A stretch of DNA of 64,000 nucleotides from an uncultured Chloroflexia bacterium. GTDB lineage: Bacteria; Chloroflexota; Dehalococcoidia; GIF9; AB-539-J10. The DNA lies in NCBI GenBank assembly GCA_963726175.1, contig CAVSBM010000005.1:17445-81444 (forward strand), read 5' to 3'. The translations under genes were made by a program, and so were the position numbers. The notes under the pieces were generated by a model that ran no database searches, was not told the origin of the DNA, and saw only the letters and a list, made by a program, of their open reading frames with translations. Shown here piece by piece: positions 61,348-64,000 of the stretch; positions within the stretch are counted from its first letter, which is position 1, and each line of letters starts with the position of its first letter.

Positions 61348-62736
61348 TTACCTGTCAACATTGTAGCTAGCATATCTACTAATTCTAGCCAATGCAACTA
61401 CGGCTCTTTTTGCATCACCAAACGTAGCAACGTTATTTTGGGCCAAAAAGGCATATTCTTCAGCAGCAAATTCTGGCAGCGCGAACAATGTTACGGCCAG
61501 CGGCTTTTTGATTGTTTTTGCTGCCTCTACAATACTCTGTATACACGGCCAGCCGGGGTCGCTGATTGCCAAAAGCATATCGACATTTTCATCTTCATTC
61601 AGTATTTTTAGTGTTTCTCCATAAAGATTTGGAGCAACTAAGGTAGCTACACCAATATCAGTGGGGTTACCAACACTTGTACCTACCGGCGGCAGCAATT
61701 TAGCCAGTCTTTCCAGAGTTGCACCTGATAACCTGGCCATTTCAAGCCCCAGCTCAATACAATTATCCGTAGTACCAACATTGGTTCCTCCCATTCCGGC
61801 TACAACAGCAATCCTTTTGCCTTTGGGTAGCGGCAAATAATAGAGGCAAAAGAGACAATCTACGATTTCCTCAAAACTGCGAACGCTGATTATGCCAGCT
61901 TGTTCAAACATGGCCTCCCAGACATGTTTCGTCCCGGCCAGAGCACCGGTATGGGAAACAGCAGCCTTGGCTCCCAGCTCAGTAGCACCACCTTTCCAGA
62001 TGATAATAGGTTTTTCCTTTGTGATTTCACGAGCCAGCTGGAAGAAGTGTCTCCCATCTTTGATACCTTCTAGATAGGAAACAACAATCTTTGTCTCCTT
62101 ATCCTGTCCGAAATATTCCAGGAAGTCCACCGCGTTTAAATCGCATTCGTTGCCACAGCTTATTACTTTGCTGAATCTGATACCTTTCTTTGTCAAAATA
62201 TGGGTCAGGTAATCAACAAAAGAGCCGCTATGTGAAAAAGAGCCTACAGGTCCACCCTCGGTCGTTATATCATGCATTAACCCTTGAGGAAATGTTACCA
62301 GTTTAGAAGTTGGGCAGTAGACACCTATTGAGTTAGGCCCGATGACCCTGATGCCTTTTGAGCGGGCAATTCTGCAGATCTCCTGCTCGATTTTCTTTCC
62401 CTCAGCTCCTTTTTCGCCAAAGCCGGCGGTGAAAACGATAATCCCCTTCATTCCCTTTTCAGCACAATCTTGAACCGCTTGCAGCGTACTGTCCGGCGGT
62501 GTCATGAGAATGGCAACATCAACGTCATGGGGAATATCCTTTATACTCTGATAAGCCTTCAACCCTAGCAGTTCCGTTTCACGCGGGTGAACCGGGTAAA
62601 TCTCTCTAAAACCTATTCGAATAAGTCCTTCCAAAAACATCCGGCCGAAGCTGCCCTCCTTGCTCGAAGCACCAATAATACTTAAAGATCTGGGATGAAA
62701 TATTTGCTCCAGGTCTGATACGGTAGAACTCATCAA
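61348..62736 (-). CDS. ADP-forming acyl-/acetyl-CoA synthetase, alpha-type, paralogue 3
   Basis: 462 aa: LSIIGAS, GPNSIGVYCP, VGSFSHSGS, VSHTGALAG. Confidence 0.85.
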   Translation of the reverse strand: MMSSTVSDLEQIFHPRSLSIIGASSKEGSFGRMFLEGLIRIGFREIYPVHPRETELLGLKAYQSIKDIPHDVDVAILMTPPDSTLQAVQDCAEKGMKGIIVFTAGFGEKGAEGKKIEQEICRIARSKGIRVIGPNSIGVYCPTSKLVTFPQGLMHDITTEGGPVGSFSHSGSFVDYLTHILTKKGIRFSKVISCGNECDLNAVDFLEYFGQDKETKIVVSYLEGIKDGRHFFQLAREITKEKPIIIWKGGATELGAKAAVSHTGALAGTKHVWEAMFEQAGIISVRSFEEIVDCLFCLYYLPLPKGKRIAVVAGMGGTNVGTTDNCIELGLEMARLSGATLERLAKLLPPVGTSVGNPTDIGVATLVAPNLYGETLKILNEDENVDMLLAISDPGWPCIQSIVEAAKTIKKPLAVTLFALPEFAAEEYAFLAQNNVATFGDAKRAVVALARISRYASYNVDR

Positions 62737-62921
62737 TCATTTCCTCCTTGGAAATATATATATTTGTGTTTGACAAATGCTTTAACTTCTGAGCTTTTAC
62801 AGCTTTTACAACAGTATTAGTTTCTGCTTATTTCAGGCTTAATCTCAACCGGGTAATTAATGGCATCGTGTTACTCCTTCGACCTGGCACATAAGAGTTA
62901 GTCCGGTATCAATTCTTGCCT

Positions 62922-63167
62922 TCAGTGCAAATCGTTACCAGCTATTACTACACTTACCGTTGCCGCCCCTGGTGCACCACCCTGATTATGTGTCAAACCC
63001 AATCTTGGATTCTTCACCTGACGTTTATCAGCCTTACCCTGAAGTTGTTTATAAACCTCATACATCATCCTTAGTCCACTGGCACCGACTGGATGTCCAA
63101 AACATTTCAAACCGCCATCCGTATTGATTCGAGAAATGAAACCTAGGTCTTGACTAAATGTCTGAAG
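62922..63167 (-). pseudogene. 3' remnant of a thiolase (SCP-x/acetyl-CoA acetyltransferase type); only about 75 C-terminal codons remain
   Basis: ...ISRINTDGGLKCFGHPVGASGLRMMYEVYKQLQG...THNQGG matches a thiolase C-terminal active-site region. The frame is closed by a stop near 63170 and no N-terminal part lies upstream. Confidence 0.65.
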
Positions 63168-63428
63168 CTATCGTCTGGTTACGTAGTGCCTATTTTATCA
63201 CTTTAAAGGTCTTATTATTAGACCCTTTGACGACAATAGTGAGAAATTTAGAACTCATACTATTCTTCTGGGGCGCGGCAAGCAAATTGACAATGAGGGA
63301 GTGGGAGTATACCATAGCGACGGTATTTGGCAACGGAAAGCATAGTCACAAGCATGTCCCGAGAAGCTAGATACCTTCAAGGGTCAACATAGCTTGCCAG
63401 GCTAAATCAACGTAGGAGGTAGCTCAAA

Positions 63429-63998
63429 ATGAACGAGGCTACAAACTCGACTCCAGCCGCATGGAAAAGTGGGAGTCTATCTTACGGTTCTCCTCTGACA
63501 CTTGACATCGCTAAGAAAATGCTGGAAGCGGGTGAGAAAGAAGCAGAGAAACGGGGTGTGCCGATGTCAATGGCTATTAGTGATACCGGTGGTAATCTAA
63601 TAGCCTTTAGCCGGATGGATAACGCCGCGTTATTCAGCATACAGATTGCCATGGATAAGGCGTTTACCACAGTGTTTGGGAAGATGCCCACCGGGAGCTT
63701 TGCCAGCCAATATTGCGCGGGAGGACTGGTCCCCCTCTTCTTCCATGAACGGTGGATTACATTTCCAGGAGGGTTTCCGATCATAAAAAATGGAAGGATA
63801 TTAGGGGGAATCGGGGTAAGCGGAGGAATTATCGAGGACGTCTACGTGGCTAAGGCAGCTTTGGAAGCAGGTGGCTTCAGTCTCGATGAAGTGGATGCTG
63901 CCATAATGGCAATGAAAGGGGAATGCGCAGAAGAAATAGAGGGCCTGCCTGGGAAAAGATACTCCCGGTTCTCCTCTGTTAACCTGCTCCAAAGCTAG
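63429..63998 (+). CDS. GlcG/HbpS-like (DUF336) heme-binding-type protein
   Basis: 189 aa: AISDTGGNLIAFSRMDNA, SIQIAMDKAFT, GGFPIIKNGRILGGIGVSGG. RBS AGGAGG. Confidence 0.8.
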   Translation: MNEATNSTPAAWKSGSLSYGSPLTLDIAKKMLEAGEKEAEKRGVPMSMAISDTGGNLIAFSRMDNAALFSIQIAMDKAFTTVFGKMPTGSFASQYCAGGLVPLFFHERWITFPGGFPIIKNGRILGGIGVSGGIIEDVYVAKAALEAGGFSLDEVDAAIMAMKGECAEEIEGLPGKRYSRFSSVNLLQS

Positions 63999-64000
63999 CT

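Overview
This is a 64-kb bacterial chromosomal segment, densely coding on both strands. Housekeeping genes include rpoD (5' end cut by the window edge), ffh, pheA, trkA/trkH, recO, rpsP plus a KH protein, plsY, nth, leuCD, mtaB, recJ, lgt, ftsY, gap and eno. Other content: (1) acyl-CoA metabolism, with three alpha-only ADP-forming acyl-CoA synthetase paralogues, two acyl-CoA dehydrogenases and a thiolase remnant; (2) a nucleoside hydrolase/ribokinase pair; (3) a Fur-type regulator with a NicO/RcnA-like metal transporter; (4) an OmpR-type two-component system facing a duplicated-lipoprotein/HtrA operon; (5) a large secreted protein built from 13 x 38-aa RCC1-like repeats with an unusual C-terminal anchor; (6) a run of five tiny stress-type genes, three of them below the ORF-track cutoff; (7) a small islet of tailoring-type enzymes; (8) an insertion-sequence nest of two IS110-family elements head to head, one split by an IS481-family element with an ATAT target duplication. 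I found no rRNA, tRNA or CRISPR array. Gene content (archaeal-type LeuCD, ADP-forming synthetases, CFIATxAYG anchor, leaderless-looking promoters) suggests a Chloroflexota/Dehalococcoidia-like organism, but that is inference only. At least ten conserved genes are broken by single-base frameshifts, mostly at short homopolymers, which looks more like consensus error than gene decay. Nothing matches a known defence or biosynthetic system. The most unusual items are the RCC1-like surface protein, a perfect eukaryote-type C2H2 zinc finger in a small bacterial ORF, the two-component/lipoprotein/HtrA module with 11-bp-phased direct repeats, two families of short dispersed repeats (one sitting inside coding sequence), a shared 14-mer at the predicted start of two unrelated transcripts, and the nested IS cluster.
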